The notes under the pieces: model-generated | Told to the model about the DNA's origin: nothing | The model's input: the letters and a program-made list of their open reading frames with translations, nothing else | The model's database searches: none | In this document: positions 10,247 through 20,699 of the stretch, in pieces | Position numbering within the stretch: position 1 is the stretch's first letter | Layout of the letters: each line of letters begins with the position of its first letter | Origin: an uncultured Prevotella sp. | GTDB taxonomy: Bacteria > Bacteroidota > Bacteroidia > Bacteroidales > Bacteroidaceae | Direction: 5' to 3' | Assembly: GCA_902798285.1 (NCBI GenBank) | Contig: CADBVZ010000003.1 | Coordinates: forward strand, 41,818 to 105,817 | Length of the DNA stretch: 64,000 nt | Program-made: the position numbers and the translations under genes

Positions 10247-11625
10247 TAAATTAATTCTCTTGGATCAGTGATGACGCCAGTTACGGCTGCGGCGGCGGCT
10301 GTGAGAGGCGATGCAAGAATCGTTCTGGCTCCGGGGCCTTGGCGACCTTCGAAATTGCGATTGGAAGTAGAGACGCTGAGTTTGCCGGCTGGCACTTTAT
10401 CATCGTTCATCGCAAGACAGGCTGAGCAGCCTGGCTGACGAATCTCGAAGCCTGCAGCCTCTAGTACCTTGTCGAGTCCCTCTTCACGAATCTGCTTATC
10501 CACAGCCCATGAGCCAGGCACCAACCAAGCTACTACATCATCGGCCTTTCGCCTACCCTTTACTATCGAGGCAAAAGCACGAAAGTCCTCTATGCGACCA
10601 TTGGTACAAGCCCCAAGGAACACATAATCCACCTTTGTGCCCAGCAGTTTCTGCCCAGGCTGGAACTTCATATAGTTCAAAGCCTTCAAGAAGCCCGCCA
10701 GCTGGTCCGTCGTTGGAATGCTTTCGGTAATCCCGATACCCATTCCCGGATTCGTGCCATACGTTATCCTTGGCTCGATATCGGCAGCATTGAAAGTGAG
10801 TTCCTTATCGAACACAGCATCAGAGCCACTCTTCAGTGTCTTCCAATAAGCCACAGCCTTGTCCCACGCCTCACCCTTCGGTGTAAACTCCCTACCTTTT
10901 ATATAATTAAAGGTGGTATCATCAGGGGCAACGAATCCACCACGAGCACCCATCTCTATCGAGAGGTTACAGAGCGTCAGGCGACCCTCCATCGACATCG
11001 CTTCTACCGTTGAGCCAGCATACTCGATGAAGTAGCCCGTAGCGCCACTGGTGGTGATCTGCGCCATCAGATAAAGCGCCACATCCTTGGGCGTTACACC
11101 TTTGCCTAACTCACCGTTGATGGAGATTCGCATCGACTTGGGCTTCTGCTGCAGAATACACTGCGAGGCCATCACCATCTCAACCTCTGAGGTGCCGATG
11201 CCGAAAGCCACAGCACCCATGGCTCCATGCGTAGACGTATGCGAATCGCCACAAACAATCGTCATACCAGGCAGACTCAATCCCTTCTCAGGACCCACCA
11301 CGTGGATGATGCCATTATCAGGAGACATCATGCCGTAATATGTCAGTCCGAATTCGGCAGCATTTTTTTCGAGTGCATCCACCTGCGCCTTCGATACAGG
11401 ATCCTCAATGGGTTTATCCTGATCGTGGGTAGGCGTGTTATGATCGGGCATACAGTATATCTTCTCAGGACGGAAGCACTTCAGTCCTCTGGCCCTCATG
11501 CCTTCAAAGGCCTGGGGCGATGTCACCTCGTGGCAGTACAAGCGGTCGATATACAACTGCTGTGGACCATCTTCCACCTGTTGCACCACATGTGCATCCC
11601 ATATTTTATCAAATAGCGTATTCAT
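10246..11625 (-). CDS. leuC: 3-isopropylmalate dehydratase large subunit
   Basis: [31 protein letters not shown] and NRNFEGRQG motifs. Confidence 0.97.
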   Translation of the reverse strand: MNTLFDKIWDAHVVQQVEDGPQQLYIDRLYCHEVTSPQAFEGMRARGLKCFRPEKIYCMPDHNTPTHDQDKPIEDPVSKAQVDALEKNAAEFGLTYYGMMSPDNGIIHVVGPEKGLSLPGMTIVCGDSHTSTHGAMGAVAFGIGTSEVEMVMASQCILQQKPKSMRISINGELGKGVTPKDVALYLMAQITTSGATGYFIEYAGSTVEAMSMEGRLTLCNLSIEMGARGGFVAPDDTTFNYIKGREFTPKGEAWDKAVAYWKTLKSGSDAVFDKELTFNAADIEPRITYGTNPGMGIGITESIPTTDQLAGFLKALNYMKFQPGQKLLGTKVDYVFLGACTNGRIEDFRAFASIVKGRRKADDVVAWLVPGSWAVDKQIREEGLDKVLEAAGFEIRQPGCSACLAMNDDKVPAGKLSVSTSNRNFEGRQGPGARTILASPLTAAAAAVTGVITDPRELI

Positions 11626-11657
11626 AATTTTTCTTTTTTGCAACGGACTACAGGACT

Positions 11658-13160
11658 TTAATCTTCCGTCTTAAACTTATTTATACAATCTATATACGCC
11701 TCAACGGAAGCAGTCACGATATCGGTATTGGCACCGAAGCCGTAGTAGAGAGCGCCAGAGTACTCCACCTGCATGTGCACCTTACCCACATCGTCCGATC
11801 CCTTCGAGATAGCCTGGATGGTAAACTCCTTCAGCGTCATCTGCTTTATAATGATCTTTTTAAGCGCCTTGATGGCAGCATCCACAGGACCGTTACCTGA
11901 GGCAGCAGCCTCAAACTTCTGTCCGCTGATATCGAGTCCGATAGAGGCCACACTCTTGACACCCTTACCTGTAGTAACTTGCAGAAAATCGAGCTTAACT
12001 GCATGAGTATCAGCAGTATCTGCACCAGCAAGCATCAAGGCATCGGCATCGCTTACCTCCTTCTTCTGATCGGCCAGCGCCAAGAATTTCTCATATACCT
12101 TGTCGAGCTTCTCCTCCGTGAGATCCACACCGTTTACGTGCAGACGATGCTTCAAGGCTGCACGTCCGCTACGAGCAGTCAGTACGATGCTGTTGTCATC
12201 GATACCAACATCCTTCGGATCCATAATCTCGTAAGTATGCACATTCTTCAGTACACCATCCTGATGAATACCACTGGAGTGCGCAAAGGCATTGCGACCC
12301 ACTACTGCCTTATTCGGCTGTACAGGCATATTCATCAGCGATGACACCATCCTTGAAGTAGGATAAATCTTCGTGGTATTGATGTTGGTATCGATACCCA
12401 ACGTATGGTGACACTTCAGGATCATCGCAATCTCCTCAAGACTGGTATTACCAGCACGCTCGCCAATACCGTTGATGGTTACCTCCACCTGTCGGGCACC
12501 AGCCATCACACCGTTAAAAGTATTGGCTGTAGCCATACCCAGATCGTTATGGCAGTGGGTAGAGATGATGGCACGATCGATGTTATCCACATGCTCCTTC
12601 AGATACTTAATCTTATCAAAATACTCCTGTGGCAGACAGTAACCCGTAGTATCAGGAATGTTTACGACCGTAGCTCCAGCCTTGATCACAGCCTCCACCA
12701 CCTGAGCCAGATACTCATTGTCAGTACGTCCGGCATCCTCGCAATAGAACTCCACATCGTCCACATAGCGCTTGGCATACTTAGTGGCTGCTACAGCCTG
12801 CTCCAGAATCTTTTCGCGAGTGGAATTGAACTTAAACTGAATATGCTCATCGCTGGTGCCGATACCCGTATGGATACGCTTATACTTGGCATACTGCAAC
12901 GCCTCGAAGGCCACATCGATATCGCGCTCCACAGCACGCGAAAGCGCACAAATCACTGGCCACGTAACGGCTTTAGAAATTTCAATCACACTGTTAAAGT
13001 CACCTGGACTTGAAATAGGGAATCCTGCTTCGATCACATCCACGCCGAGTTGCTCCAGAGCCTTAGCCACCTGAATCTTCTCTACAGTGTTCAACTGGCA
13101 TCCGGGCACCTGTTCGCCGTCTCGGAGCGTTGTGTCGAAAATGTACAATCTGTCACTCAT
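11658..13160 (-). CDS. leuA: 2-isopropylmalate synthase
   Basis: [25 protein letters not shown] and [10 protein letters not shown] motifs. Confidence 0.97.
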   Translation of the reverse strand: MSDRLYIFDTTLRDGEQVPGCQLNTVEKIQVAKALEQLGVDVIEAGFPISSPGDFNSVIEISKAVTWPVICALSRAVERDIDVAFEALQYAKYKRIHTGIGTSDEHIQFKFNSTREKILEQAVAATKYAKRYVDDVEFYCEDAGRTDNEYLAQVVEAVIKAGATVVNIPDTTGYCLPQEYFDKIKYLKEHVDNIDRAIISTHCHNDLGMATANTFNGVMAGARQVEVTINGIGERAGNTSLEEIAMILKCHHTLGIDTNINTTKIYPTSRMVSSLMNMPVQPNKAVVGRNAFAHSSGIHQDGVLKNVHTYEIMDPKDVGIDDNSIVLTARSGRAALKHRLHVNGVDLTEEKLDKVYEKFLALADQKKEVSDADALMLAGADTADTHAVKLDFLQVTTGKGVKSVASIGLDISGQKFEAAASGNGPVDAAIKALKKIIIKQMTLKEFTIQAISKGSDDVGKVHMQVEYSGALYYGFGANTDIVTASVEAYIDCINKFKTED

Positions 13161-13216
13161 TTTTTTATTTGTTTACGATTTAACTATTTGTCTATTTGAT
13201 GTCGCACTATGCAATG

Positions 13217-13253
13217 AAAAAAAGCCTTTCACACTCGGAAGTGAGAAAGGCTC
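13217..13253 (-). terminator. Attenuator terminator upstream of leuA
   Basis: Minus strand reads AGCCTTTC-TCAC-ttccga-GTGT-GAAAGGCT followed by a U-run. Confidence 0.85.
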
Positions 13254-13306
13254 GTATTTAATCTCTTAATTCTTAATTCTGAAATCTTAATTATCTACAT
13301 ACCCTG

Positions 13307-13372
13307 TCACTTCCGACCTGCCCCAAGCAGTCGAATAATAATAAGGCCGTTAAGTAGATTCAGACTCTTCAT
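13307..13372 (-). CDS. leu operon leader peptide MKSLNLLNGLIIIRLLGAGRK
   Basis: 21-aa ORF with 6 Leu and 3 consecutive Ile codons. Its 3' end TCGGAAGTGA is complementary to TCACTTCCGA in the terminator. Promoter TAACTTTG at 13400-13407 (-). Confidence 0.85.
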   Translation of the reverse strand: MKSLNLLNGLIIIRLLGAGRK

Positions 13373-13508
13373 ACTTTCTTTTTTTCTTGAAATCGGGTGC
13401 AAAGTTACGCATATTATTTCAATCAAACAAATAAATCGTAAGTTTTTTATCTATTTTTGTTGCAATTTGTTGCTTTTGGACGTTTTCACCTTATATATTA
13501 TTATCAAA

Positions 13509-14696
13509 TCAGGCATTAGCTTCCTTATAGATAGCCTTCATATCTTTGGGTGTCAGCACCTCCATCGCACCAATATTCATCTTGCCGTCACGACTGCATT
13601 TATCCACCAGTTCGTCAATCTCGTCCTCAGTCATCTGTCGATTCAGCAAGTCCTCGATACAGATAGGCATGCCGATGGATTTAAAGAATTGCTCCATCGC
13701 CTCGATACCACGCAGGGCCGTTGCTCGCGGATCAGTAAAGTCTTGCATCACACCCATCACGTTCACAGCAAATTTCACAAAACGAGTCAGATGTTTGTCC
13801 ATCACGTAGCGTGCCCACGAGCCCCAGATAGCAGCAAGTCCGGCACCATGTGTCACACCAAACATACCACTCAATTCGTGCTCCAGTTTATGGCAGGCGA
13901 AATCCTTCTCCGTACCACATTCCGTCAGATCGTTGTGCGACAGCGAGCTGGCCCACATGATAGCAGCACGATGCTTATAATCATCGGGCACCACCATCAC
14001 CTCCTTGGCTGCAGTCATCACCGTCTTCAGCAATGCCTCGGCGATGGCATCCGTCAGCATGGCGTCCTCGTATTTAGAGAAGTAGCGCTCCATGGTGTGC
14101 ATCATGATGTCGGTAGCGCCGGCGGCTGTCTGATAAGGCGGCAACGTATAAGTGCGCTCAGGGTTCATGATGGCAAACTTACAGCGACACAAGTCACTAT
14201 TCACGCCACGTTTCAGCATACCTTCATCGTTGGTAATCACGCAACTCGACGACATCTCGCTACCAGCAGCAGGGATGGTGAGCATCACGCCGATGGGCAG
14301 ACACGACTGGGGCACAGCCTTACCATTCCAAAAATCCCACACGTCGCCAGGATAGCCCACGCCGTAGCCGATGGCCTTCGCAGAGTCGATCACACTACCG
14401 CCACCCACGGCCAGAATGAAGTTCACATGTTCTTTCTTGCAGAGTTCGATACCCTCGCGCACCTTACTAAGTAATGGATTAGGCACAACCCCACCCAACT
14501 CAACGTAATCAATGCCAGCCTCGCTGAGCATCTTCTCTACCTTATCTAGGAGTCCTGAACGGCGAGCACTGCCTCCACCAAAGTGTACCAGCACCTTACC
14601 ACCACCATATTGTTGTATCAACTGCGGAAGCTGCTCTTCCGATTCACGTCCGAATACCACCCTCGTAGGGGCATAGAAATTAAAGTCCTTAATCAT
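13509..14696 (-). CDS. Iron-containing alcohol dehydrogenase (butanol dehydrogenase/YqhD-like)
   Basis: FNFYAPTRVVFG, AVGGGSVIDSAK, HTMERYF and HKLEHELS...HGAGLA motifs. Confidence 0.92.
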   Translation of the reverse strand: MIKDFNFYAPTRVVFGRESEEQLPQLIQQYGGGKVLVHFGGGSARRSGLLDKVEKMLSEAGIDYVELGGVVPNPLLSKVREGIELCKKEHVNFILAVGGGSVIDSAKAIGYGVGYPGDVWDFWNGKAVPQSCLPIGVMLTIPAAGSEMSSSCVITNDEGMLKRGVNSDLCRCKFAIMNPERTYTLPPYQTAAGATDIMMHTMERYFSKYEDAMLTDAIAEALLKTVMTAAKEVMVVPDDYKHRAAIMWASSLSHNDLTECGTEKDFACHKLEHELSGMFGVTHGAGLAAIWGSWARYVMDKHLTRFVKFAVNVMGVMQDFTDPRATALRGIEAMEQFFKSIGMPICIEDLLNRQMTEDEIDELVDKCSRDGKMNIGAMEVLTPKDMKAIYKEANA

Positions 14697-14777
14697 TATT
14701 TTTTGCGTTATATGAATAATTCTGCTGCAAATATACACAATAATCAATAATAATTCGTATTTTTGCACCATAAAAAA

Positions 14778-15977
14778 ATGAAAAAGCTGTTATTCTATAT
14801 TATCATACCGCTGATGCTCCAGGAAGAGCTCACCTACTATTTCGACCGTCATAACGTACAGGATGAGGGTTACGAGATGGTGGCCGCCTTTGCCGACGGC
14901 AAGCGTCAAGAGATTCATATTGATCCCCACTTCTCGGCCTTCAGCGTGGGAACTTGGAAAAATCGCGAGCATAGTGGCACACGCCTGGCTCTCGACAGTC
15001 TAGGGCGCACTATCCTGGGCCATTGGCAAGCCGACACCTTAGAGACTGGTATCCGCATCGATTCACTAGGTACATATCTGGGCGATTTCTCTTCTGCCCT
15101 AAAAGCCGAGGGACATGGCGCATATCTCTCACTCGACGGCAGTTACTTTGAGGGCCACTTTTCTAACGACCTTCGTCATGGCTTTGGCCTCGAGATGCTT
15201 ACACCTACCGATGGCGAACCACACTTGAGAGTGGGCCAATGGCTGAAGGGTCGCTTCTGGGGCGAGCGCATGACCTATACCTCCGAGCGAATCTACGGCA
15301 TCGACATCGCCCGTTATCAGCACGAACAAGGGCGCCGTCGTTATCCTATCGACTGGGGCAAGATGCGTATCACCTTCCTCGGCAAGAGAGGTCATAAGAA
15401 CGTGAAGGGCACAGCCGATTATCCTGTATCGTTCATCTTCATCAAGAGTACAGAGAGCACCACCATCCACAATCGCTACTACGCTCAGGACTATCAGCAA
15501 GCACGTAAACACGGCATCCGTATCGGAGCCTACCACTTCTTCCGTCTTCGCACCAGCGGTGCTGCCCAAGCACAGTTTTTCCTCAAGCACACAACATTTA
15601 AGCCTGGCGATCTGCCCCCAGTGCTCGATGTAGAGCCCTCCGATGCCCAGATCCGTCAGATAGGCGGCCCAGAAAAGATGTTCCAACAGGTACGCACATG
15701 GCTCCGCATCGTGCAGCAGCATACGGGCGTGCGTCCCATCCTCTATGTCAATCAGCGCTTCGTCAATGTGTACCTCTCGCAGGCTCCCGACATCAAGCGC
15801 GACTATCGCGTGTGGATAGCCCGTTATGGCGAATATAAGCCCGATGTACGTCTGGCCTTCTGGCAACTCTGTCCCGATGGTCGTGTGGCAGGTATCCATC
15901 CTGCAGTCGACATCAACGTGTTCAATGGCTACCAGACTCAGTTCGAAGAATTCCTCGACAGCGAAACGATAAAATAG
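14778..15977 (+). CDS. MORN-repeat + GH25 muramidase protein
   Basis: MORN-like YFEGHFSNDLRHGFG; GH25 motifs YGIDIARYQ, GAYHFF, LPPVLDVE and VDINVFNG. Confidence 0.85.
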   Translation: MKKLLFYIIIPLMLQEELTYYFDRHNVQDEGYEMVAAFADGKRQEIHIDPHFSAFSVGTWKNREHSGTRLALDSLGRTILGHWQADTLETGIRIDSLGTYLGDFSSALKAEGHGAYLSLDGSYFEGHFSNDLRHGFGLEMLTPTDGEPHLRVGQWLKGRFWGERMTYTSERIYGIDIARYQHEQGRRRYPIDWGKMRITFLGKRGHKNVKGTADYPVSFIFIKSTESTTIHNRYYAQDYQQARKHGIRIGAYHFFRLRTSGAAQAQFFLKHTTFKPGDLPPVLDVEPSDAQIRQIGGPEKMFQQVRTWLRIVQQHTGVRPILYVNQRFVNVYLSQAPDIKRDYRVWIARYGEYKPDVRLAFWQLCPDGRVAGIHPAVDINVFNGYQTQFEEFLDSETIK

Positions 15978-15989
15978 AGGTTAGAAGTT

Positions 15990-16460
15990 ATGAAAACGAT
16001 TTTGATTCTCGTAGGTAAAACCACCGACAAGCATTTCCAGGCAGGCATCAACGACTACGTTGATCGCATCGGCCACTACATGCCCTTCGAACTCTTGACG
16101 ATTCCTGAACTCAAGAACACCAAGAGTCTCACGGAGGAACAGCAGAAAACTGCCGAGGGCGAACTGATACTCAAGCAGCTGCAACCCAGCGATACAGTAG
16201 TGCTGCTCGATGAACATGGTAAGGAGTTCCGCAGCATCGAACTCGCCCGATGGCTAGAGCAGAAGCGCAATACAGCTCGTCGGCTCGTCTTCATCATCGG
16301 AGGCCCTTACGGTTTCTCCCCTTCTGTCTATGCCCGAGCCAACGAACAAATATCACTCTCCAAGCTCACGTTCTCCCATCAGATGATCCGCCTCGTCTTT
16401 ACCGAACAGATCTATCGGGCCTGCACCATTATCAAGGGCGAACCCTACCATCACGAATAA
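15990..16460 (+). CDS. rlmH: 23S rRNA m3psi1915 methyltransferase
   Basis: FIIGGPYG and TFSHQMIRLVFTEQIYRA..I.KGEPYHHE motifs. Confidence 0.97.
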   Translation: MKTILILVGKTTDKHFQAGINDYVDRIGHYMPFELLTIPELKNTKSLTEEQQKTAEGELILKQLQPSDTVVLLDEHGKEFRSIELARWLEQKRNTARRLVFIIGGPYGFSPSVYARANEQISLSKLTFSHQMIRLVFTEQIYRACTIIKGEPYHHE

Positions 16461-16619
16461 TTCTTCGGCAACATTCTGTCAATCTATTTTTGTTAAAGAC
16501 TATTAATATGTCGGTTTTCGTCGATATAATTTGGCGAAAATCTATCTTTGCATTACCTTTGCACCCGATACAAAAATAGAATTAATTATCCAAATCCAAC
16601 ATTTTAAAATTGTAGTCAA

Positions 16620-16772
16620 ATGGCAATAATAAGTAAGATTCTGATGGCATTATTCTCTTTAGTAGTACAAATCATTGGATTTGTTTTACTTTTTTATATG
16701 TTTTGTTTTGCTTTATTCTGTGTCTTTACCAACAGCAATAAGACCAAGTCAGATGTGCTTGTAACCGCATAG
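16620..16772 (+). CDS. 50-aa hydrophobic small protein
   Basis: MAIISKILMALFSLVVQIIGFVLLFYMFCFALFCVFTNSNKTKSDVLVTA; has its own -7 box TACCTTTG at 16554-16561 and a downstream hairpin. Confidence 0.55.
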   Translation: MAIISKILMALFSLVVQIIGFVLLFYMFCFALFCVFTNSNKTKSDVLVTA

Positions 16773-16788
16773 GCCTCACAATATGTAA

Positions 16789-16826
16789 TGAACCCCGAAA
16801 GGTAGATGAGAAACTTTCGGGGTTCA
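16789..16826. terminator. Bidirectional hairpin between convergent genes
   Basis: TGAACCCCGAAAG ... CTTTCGGGGTTCA, a 13-bp stem. Confidence 0.75.
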
Positions 16827-16848
16827 CTTATGTTCAGAACTATCTTAA

Positions 16849-17631
16849 TTAATATTCAATCAGTTTCATGGTCATTTGACCATGAGGCGTGATAAGGGAT
16901 TCTACCTGGTAACAGGAGGAGGCATCGGGCTGACAGAGAGTGGCTGCAAAATGGAGACCGTCGGCATCAATGTGGGTGAATTCCATATTGGCTAGGATGG
17001 CTTCCTCGAGGAACTGGGCTGGCACCTGATTGGCATACTGCTGTTTGCGGAAATCGCTGGAGTAAAGCTGGCGCGAACCTTGGAACACACTGACGTGCAT
17101 AATGTTGTCGTAATACACATTCTCTACCTCGATACCATCGTCGTTGTAGGTACGGGTAATAACCTTGTACTTGGTGGGGTTGATGGCGATATACCAGTGA
17201 TAACGGTTGCCATTATACATCACCACAGAGTCGGTCTTAACCTGATAGGTATAGCTGAGTACGGAGGGTGTGTCGTGGGTGAATTCTGTAGCATCGACAG
17301 GATCGTCGCTCTTCTCAAGCTTCACCACATCGCCATTAGCATTGACGAACCAAAAGAGATGGGGCGACTGCTTGGCAACGGCATACGAGGTGCCAGAACC
17401 GAGCACGAGCGAATCGCCAAGAATGCGGAAATATGCCGGCATGCTGGTAGAGTCGGCGTAGAAGATGGTGTCGCCATCTACACGGAACGACACATCGCCA
17501 CTCTCTGCATCGATCCAGATGCCTTGAAGCATGGCTTTGGCTTCCTTGTTTTCAGTGACATTCTTGCCGCTCTGACCGCTACAAGCCGCCAGCAGCACCA
17601 CGAACAAAAATATGATACTATACCTATTCAT
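16849..17631 (-). CDS. DUF4738-like lipoprotein
   Basis: Lipobox LAAC; AKAMLQGIW.D and VENVYYDNI motifs recognised. Confidence 0.75.
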   Translation of the reverse strand: MNRYSIIFLFVVLLAACSGQSGKNVTENKEAKAMLQGIWIDAESGDVSFRVDGDTIFYADSTSMPAYFRILGDSLVLGSGTSYAVAKQSPHLFWFVNANGDVVKLEKSDDPVDATEFTHDTPSVLSYTYQVKTDSVVMYNGNRYHWYIAINPTKYKVITRTYNDDGIEVENVYYDNIMHVSVFQGSRQLYSSDFRKQQYANQVPAQFLEEAILANMEFTHIDADGLHFAATLCQPDASSCYQVESLITPHGQMTMKLIEY

Positions 17632-17638
17632 CTATCAA

Positions 17639-18958
17639 CTATTTTCCGATGCAATGATATTCGAAGCCGTTCTCCTCGAGCTCCTCAGTATCGAAAATGT
17701 TTCGGCCATCGATAACGAGCTTACGCTTCATGGCCTTACCAATAACACCCCAACCCGGCAGACGGAACTCCTTCCACTCGGTGAGCAACAGCAGAGCATC
17801 AGCATCGAGCACCACATCGTACATATCGCGACAGTAGGTTACCGACTCGCCGATACGACGCTTACACTCGTTCATGGCGATGGGGTCGTAAACACGAATG
17901 TTGCAGCCTGCATCGAGCAGTTTCTGAATCATAACGAGTGCCGTACTCTCACGCATATCATCAGTCTCGGGTTTGAAAGAGAGTCCCCACATGGCAATGG
18001 TTTTGCCCTTGAGGTCTTCCTCGCTGCCGAAGGACTTGACTAGTTTCTCGAAGAGCACACTCTTCTGGCGCTCGTTCACACGCTCTACGGCCTTGAGCAC
18101 CTCCATTGAGTAGCCGTTCTGATCGGCTGTCTTGATGAGGGCCTTCACATCCTTGGGGAAGCAGGAACCACCATAACCGCAACCTGCATAAAGGAACTTA
18201 CGGCCGATACGAGTATCAGAACCTATACCGGCGCGTACCATATTAACATCAGCACCCACACGCTCGCAGAGGTTGGCGATATCGTTCATAAACGAGATAC
18301 GCGTAGCGAGCATAGAGTTGGCAGCATACTTGGTCATCTCGGCAGAGGGGATATCCATGAAGATAACACGGAAGTTATTAATGAGGAAGGGCTTATAGAG
18401 CTTGGTGAGTGTCTTCTTGGCCTTTTCGCTCTCAACACCTACCACCACGCGATCGGGACTCATAAAGTCCTTGATGGCGTTACCCTCCTTGAGGAACTCT
18501 GGATTAGAGGCTACATCGAACTCGATATCGACACCTCGTTTTTCTAACTCCTCCTCGATGGCCTTGCGCACCTTGCGGGCTGTGCCTACAGGAACGGTAC
18601 TCTTGGTAACTACCACCACATAATGATGGAGGTTCTGACCGATAGTACGGGCCACTTGGAGTACATATTTCAAATCGGCAGAGCCATCCTCATCGGGAGG
18701 TGTACCTACGGCCGAGAAAACAATCTCCACATCGTCGAGCACTGAGGCCAGATCGGTGGTAAACTTGAGTCGCCCTGCGGCTACATTCTTCTTCACTAAC
18801 TCGTTGAGTCCTGGCTCATAGATTGGTATCTCGCCATTCTGGAGGCGCTCAATCTTCTGGGCATCAACATCGACACATGTGACATTGGCTCCGGTATCGG
18901 CAAAACATGTACCTGACACCAGACCAACATAACCTGTTCCTACAATTGCTATATTCAT
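17639..18958 (-). CDS. ugd: UDP-glucose 6-dehydrogenase
   Basis: GTGYVGL, KSTVPVGT, SNPEFLKEG and GYGGSCFPKD motifs. Confidence 0.95.
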   Translation of the reverse strand: MNIAIVGTGYVGLVSGTCFADTGANVTCVDVDAQKIERLQNGEIPIYEPGLNELVKKNVAAGRLKFTTDLASVLDDVEIVFSAVGTPPDEDGSADLKYVLQVARTIGQNLHHYVVVVTKSTVPVGTARKVRKAIEEELEKRGVDIEFDVASNPEFLKEGNAIKDFMSPDRVVVGVESEKAKKTLTKLYKPFLINNFRVIFMDIPSAEMTKYAANSMLATRISFMNDIANLCERVGADVNMVRAGIGSDTRIGRKFLYAGCGYGGSCFPKDVKALIKTADQNGYSMEVLKAVERVNERQKSVLFEKLVKSFGSEEDLKGKTIAMWGLSFKPETDDMRESTALVMIQKLLDAGCNIRVYDPIAMNECKRRIGESVTYCRDMYDVVLDADALLLLTEWKEFRLPGWGVIGKAMKRKLVIDGRNIFDTEELEENGFEYHCIGK

Positions 18959-18961
18959 ACT

Positions 18962-19510
18962 TTATTCAAACATTTCGGCATCCTTTAATAAGGGCTGCTT
19001 GAGATCTTTTTCACTCGTTTGTACTTGGGCAGGATCAATGGGCCACTCGATGGCCAGATCGGGATCGTTCCAACGGATACCAGCCTCAGTCTGAGGCGAA
19101 TAAGGATTATCCACCTTATAGGTAAAGATGGCCTCTTCGCTCAATACCAGGAACCCATGGGCAAAACCACGGGGGATAAAGAACTGACGCTTGTTCTCCT
19201 CGCTCAGCTCAACCATGACATGCTGGCCAAACGTGGGAGAGGACTTGCGGATATCCACAGCCACATCGAGCACCTTACCCTTGATGACGCGAACGAGCTT
19301 AGACTGCGAAGTATCGCCCTTCTGATAATGAAGGCCACGCAACACGCCGAAGGATGACTTCGACTCATTGTCCTGAATAAACTCCACCGGTCCTACATGT
19401 TCGTTAAACTCTGCCTGTTTCCAGGCCTCCATAAAATAGCCACGGGCATCATTAAACACCTTAGGCTCGATAATAAAAACACCCTCAATCGGGGTCTTGA
19501 TATATTCCAT
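18962..19510 (-). CDS. rfbC: dTDP-4-dehydrorhamnose 3,5-epimerase
   Basis: FIQDNES.S, VLRGLHYQ and IPRGFAHGF motifs. Confidence 0.95.
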   Translation of the reverse strand: MEYIKTPIEGVFIIEPKVFNDARGYFMEAWKQAEFNEHVGPVEFIQDNESKSSFGVLRGLHYQKGDTSQSKLVRVIKGKVLDVAVDIRKSSPTFGQHVMVELSEENKRQFFIPRGFAHGFLVLSEEAIFTYKVDNPYSPQTEAGIRWNDPDLAIEWPIDPAQVQTSEKDLKQPLLKDAEMFE

Positions 19511-19612
19511 TTTCGAAAATTTTGTGCAAAGATACAGTAAAATTTCGATTAATAAGTAATTTTAAGATTCTTTTATTTGTTTATCTCAAAAAAATGCAGT
19601 AATTTTGCACTC

Positions 19613-20668
19613 GTGATTGAACTGGAGAGACATATTGAGATACTCTTGCTGGACAATGATTGCGTGATAGTGCCTGATTTAGGAGGCTTTATGACGCACC
19701 ATGTTGATGCGAGATATATTGAGGAGGAACAGGCCTTCCTCCCACCCTTGCGTACCCTAGGGTTCAATCCACAATTGAAGATCAACGATTCACTGTTGGC
19801 CCAATCCTATGTTGAGGCTTACGACATCAGTTATCCCGATGCTCTGCAGAGGATTGAAGACGAGGTGAACGAGCTGAAGCAGCGATTGCAGAACGATGGC
19901 AAGTATGAGCTAAACGACATCGGCACGCTGGAGCTGAACGAGGATGGTAACTATGTGTTTACCCCCTGCGAAGCTGGTATACTGACGCCGGAGTTGTATG
20001 GTTTGGGCAGCTTCGAATTCCCGAAGCGTGAGAGCGCTGCTACTATTAATAATAAGGTAGAAAAGGGAGTAAAGGAAGAAGAGGAAATAAAGGAGCCCGA
20101 GGCCCAGATTATCGGTATGACGCCGATTGAGGTGAACGAGGATGAAGAGGACGTGGTGAAGATCAAGTTCTCATGGATCAGAAACGCCGTAGCCGTTGCT
20201 GCCGTACTGCTGGCTATCTTCCTACTGGCTCTTCCTACTGGTAAGACGGAGATGATGACTCGCACCATCAGCAACATCAATAATGGACTGCTGTTTGGCA
20301 TGATGTCGAAGGACTCAAATACCAGTCAGATAGACTACAAAAAGTGTGACATTAAGACACAGGCTAGCAAGCCTGATACGATCATTAAGAAGGACACCCT
20401 AGCCAAGGTGCCAGTAACAAAACCAGAGCCCGTAAAGGATGGTTACTGCATCGTGTTGGCCAGCTATGTATCGAAGAAAAACGCCAACGCCTTCGTAGAC
20501 GAACTGAAGCAGAGGGGGTACGAAGAATCGGAGGTATACATTCATAACGACGTAACCCGTGTGGTATACGGAAATTTCAAGACACAAGAGGATGCTTATC
20601 AAGTGCTCAGAAAGATGCATCGCGAAAAGGGACTTGAAGAAGCGTGGGTGTACAAAAAGAGAGGTTAG
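19613..20668 (+). CDS. HU-like N-terminal domain + TM + SPOR domain protein
   Basis: LLLDNDCVIVPDLGGF (HU/CCDC81-like); one TM helix; C-terminal YCIVLASY...EAWV SPOR-like domain; GTG start. Confidence 0.8.
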   Translation: MIELERHIEILLLDNDCVIVPDLGGFMTHHVDARYIEEEQAFLPPLRTLGFNPQLKINDSLLAQSYVEAYDISYPDALQRIEDEVNELKQRLQNDGKYELNDIGTLELNEDGNYVFTPCEAGILTPELYGLGSFEFPKRESAATINNKVEKGVKEEEEIKEPEAQIIGMTPIEVNEDEEDVVKIKFSWIRNAVAVAAVLLAIFLLALPTGKTEMMTRTISNINNGLLFGMMSKDSNTSQIDYKKCDIKTQASKPDTIIKKDTLAKVPVTKPEPVKDGYCIVLASYVSKKNANAFVDELKQRGYEESEVYIHNDVTRVVYGNFKTQEDAYQVLRKMHREKGLEEAWVYKKRG

Positions 20669-20699
20669 TAGTTAGAGGTTAGAAAAGAGGTTAGTTGTT

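Noticed and set aside
14778-15977. Prophage lysin
   Set aside because: There are no holin, structural or integrase genes nearby, and the context is housekeeping.
16460-16850. SCC-like island integrated at the rlmH 3' end
   Set aside because: There is no recombinase, no att direct repeat, and only about 390 bp of AT-rich DNA.
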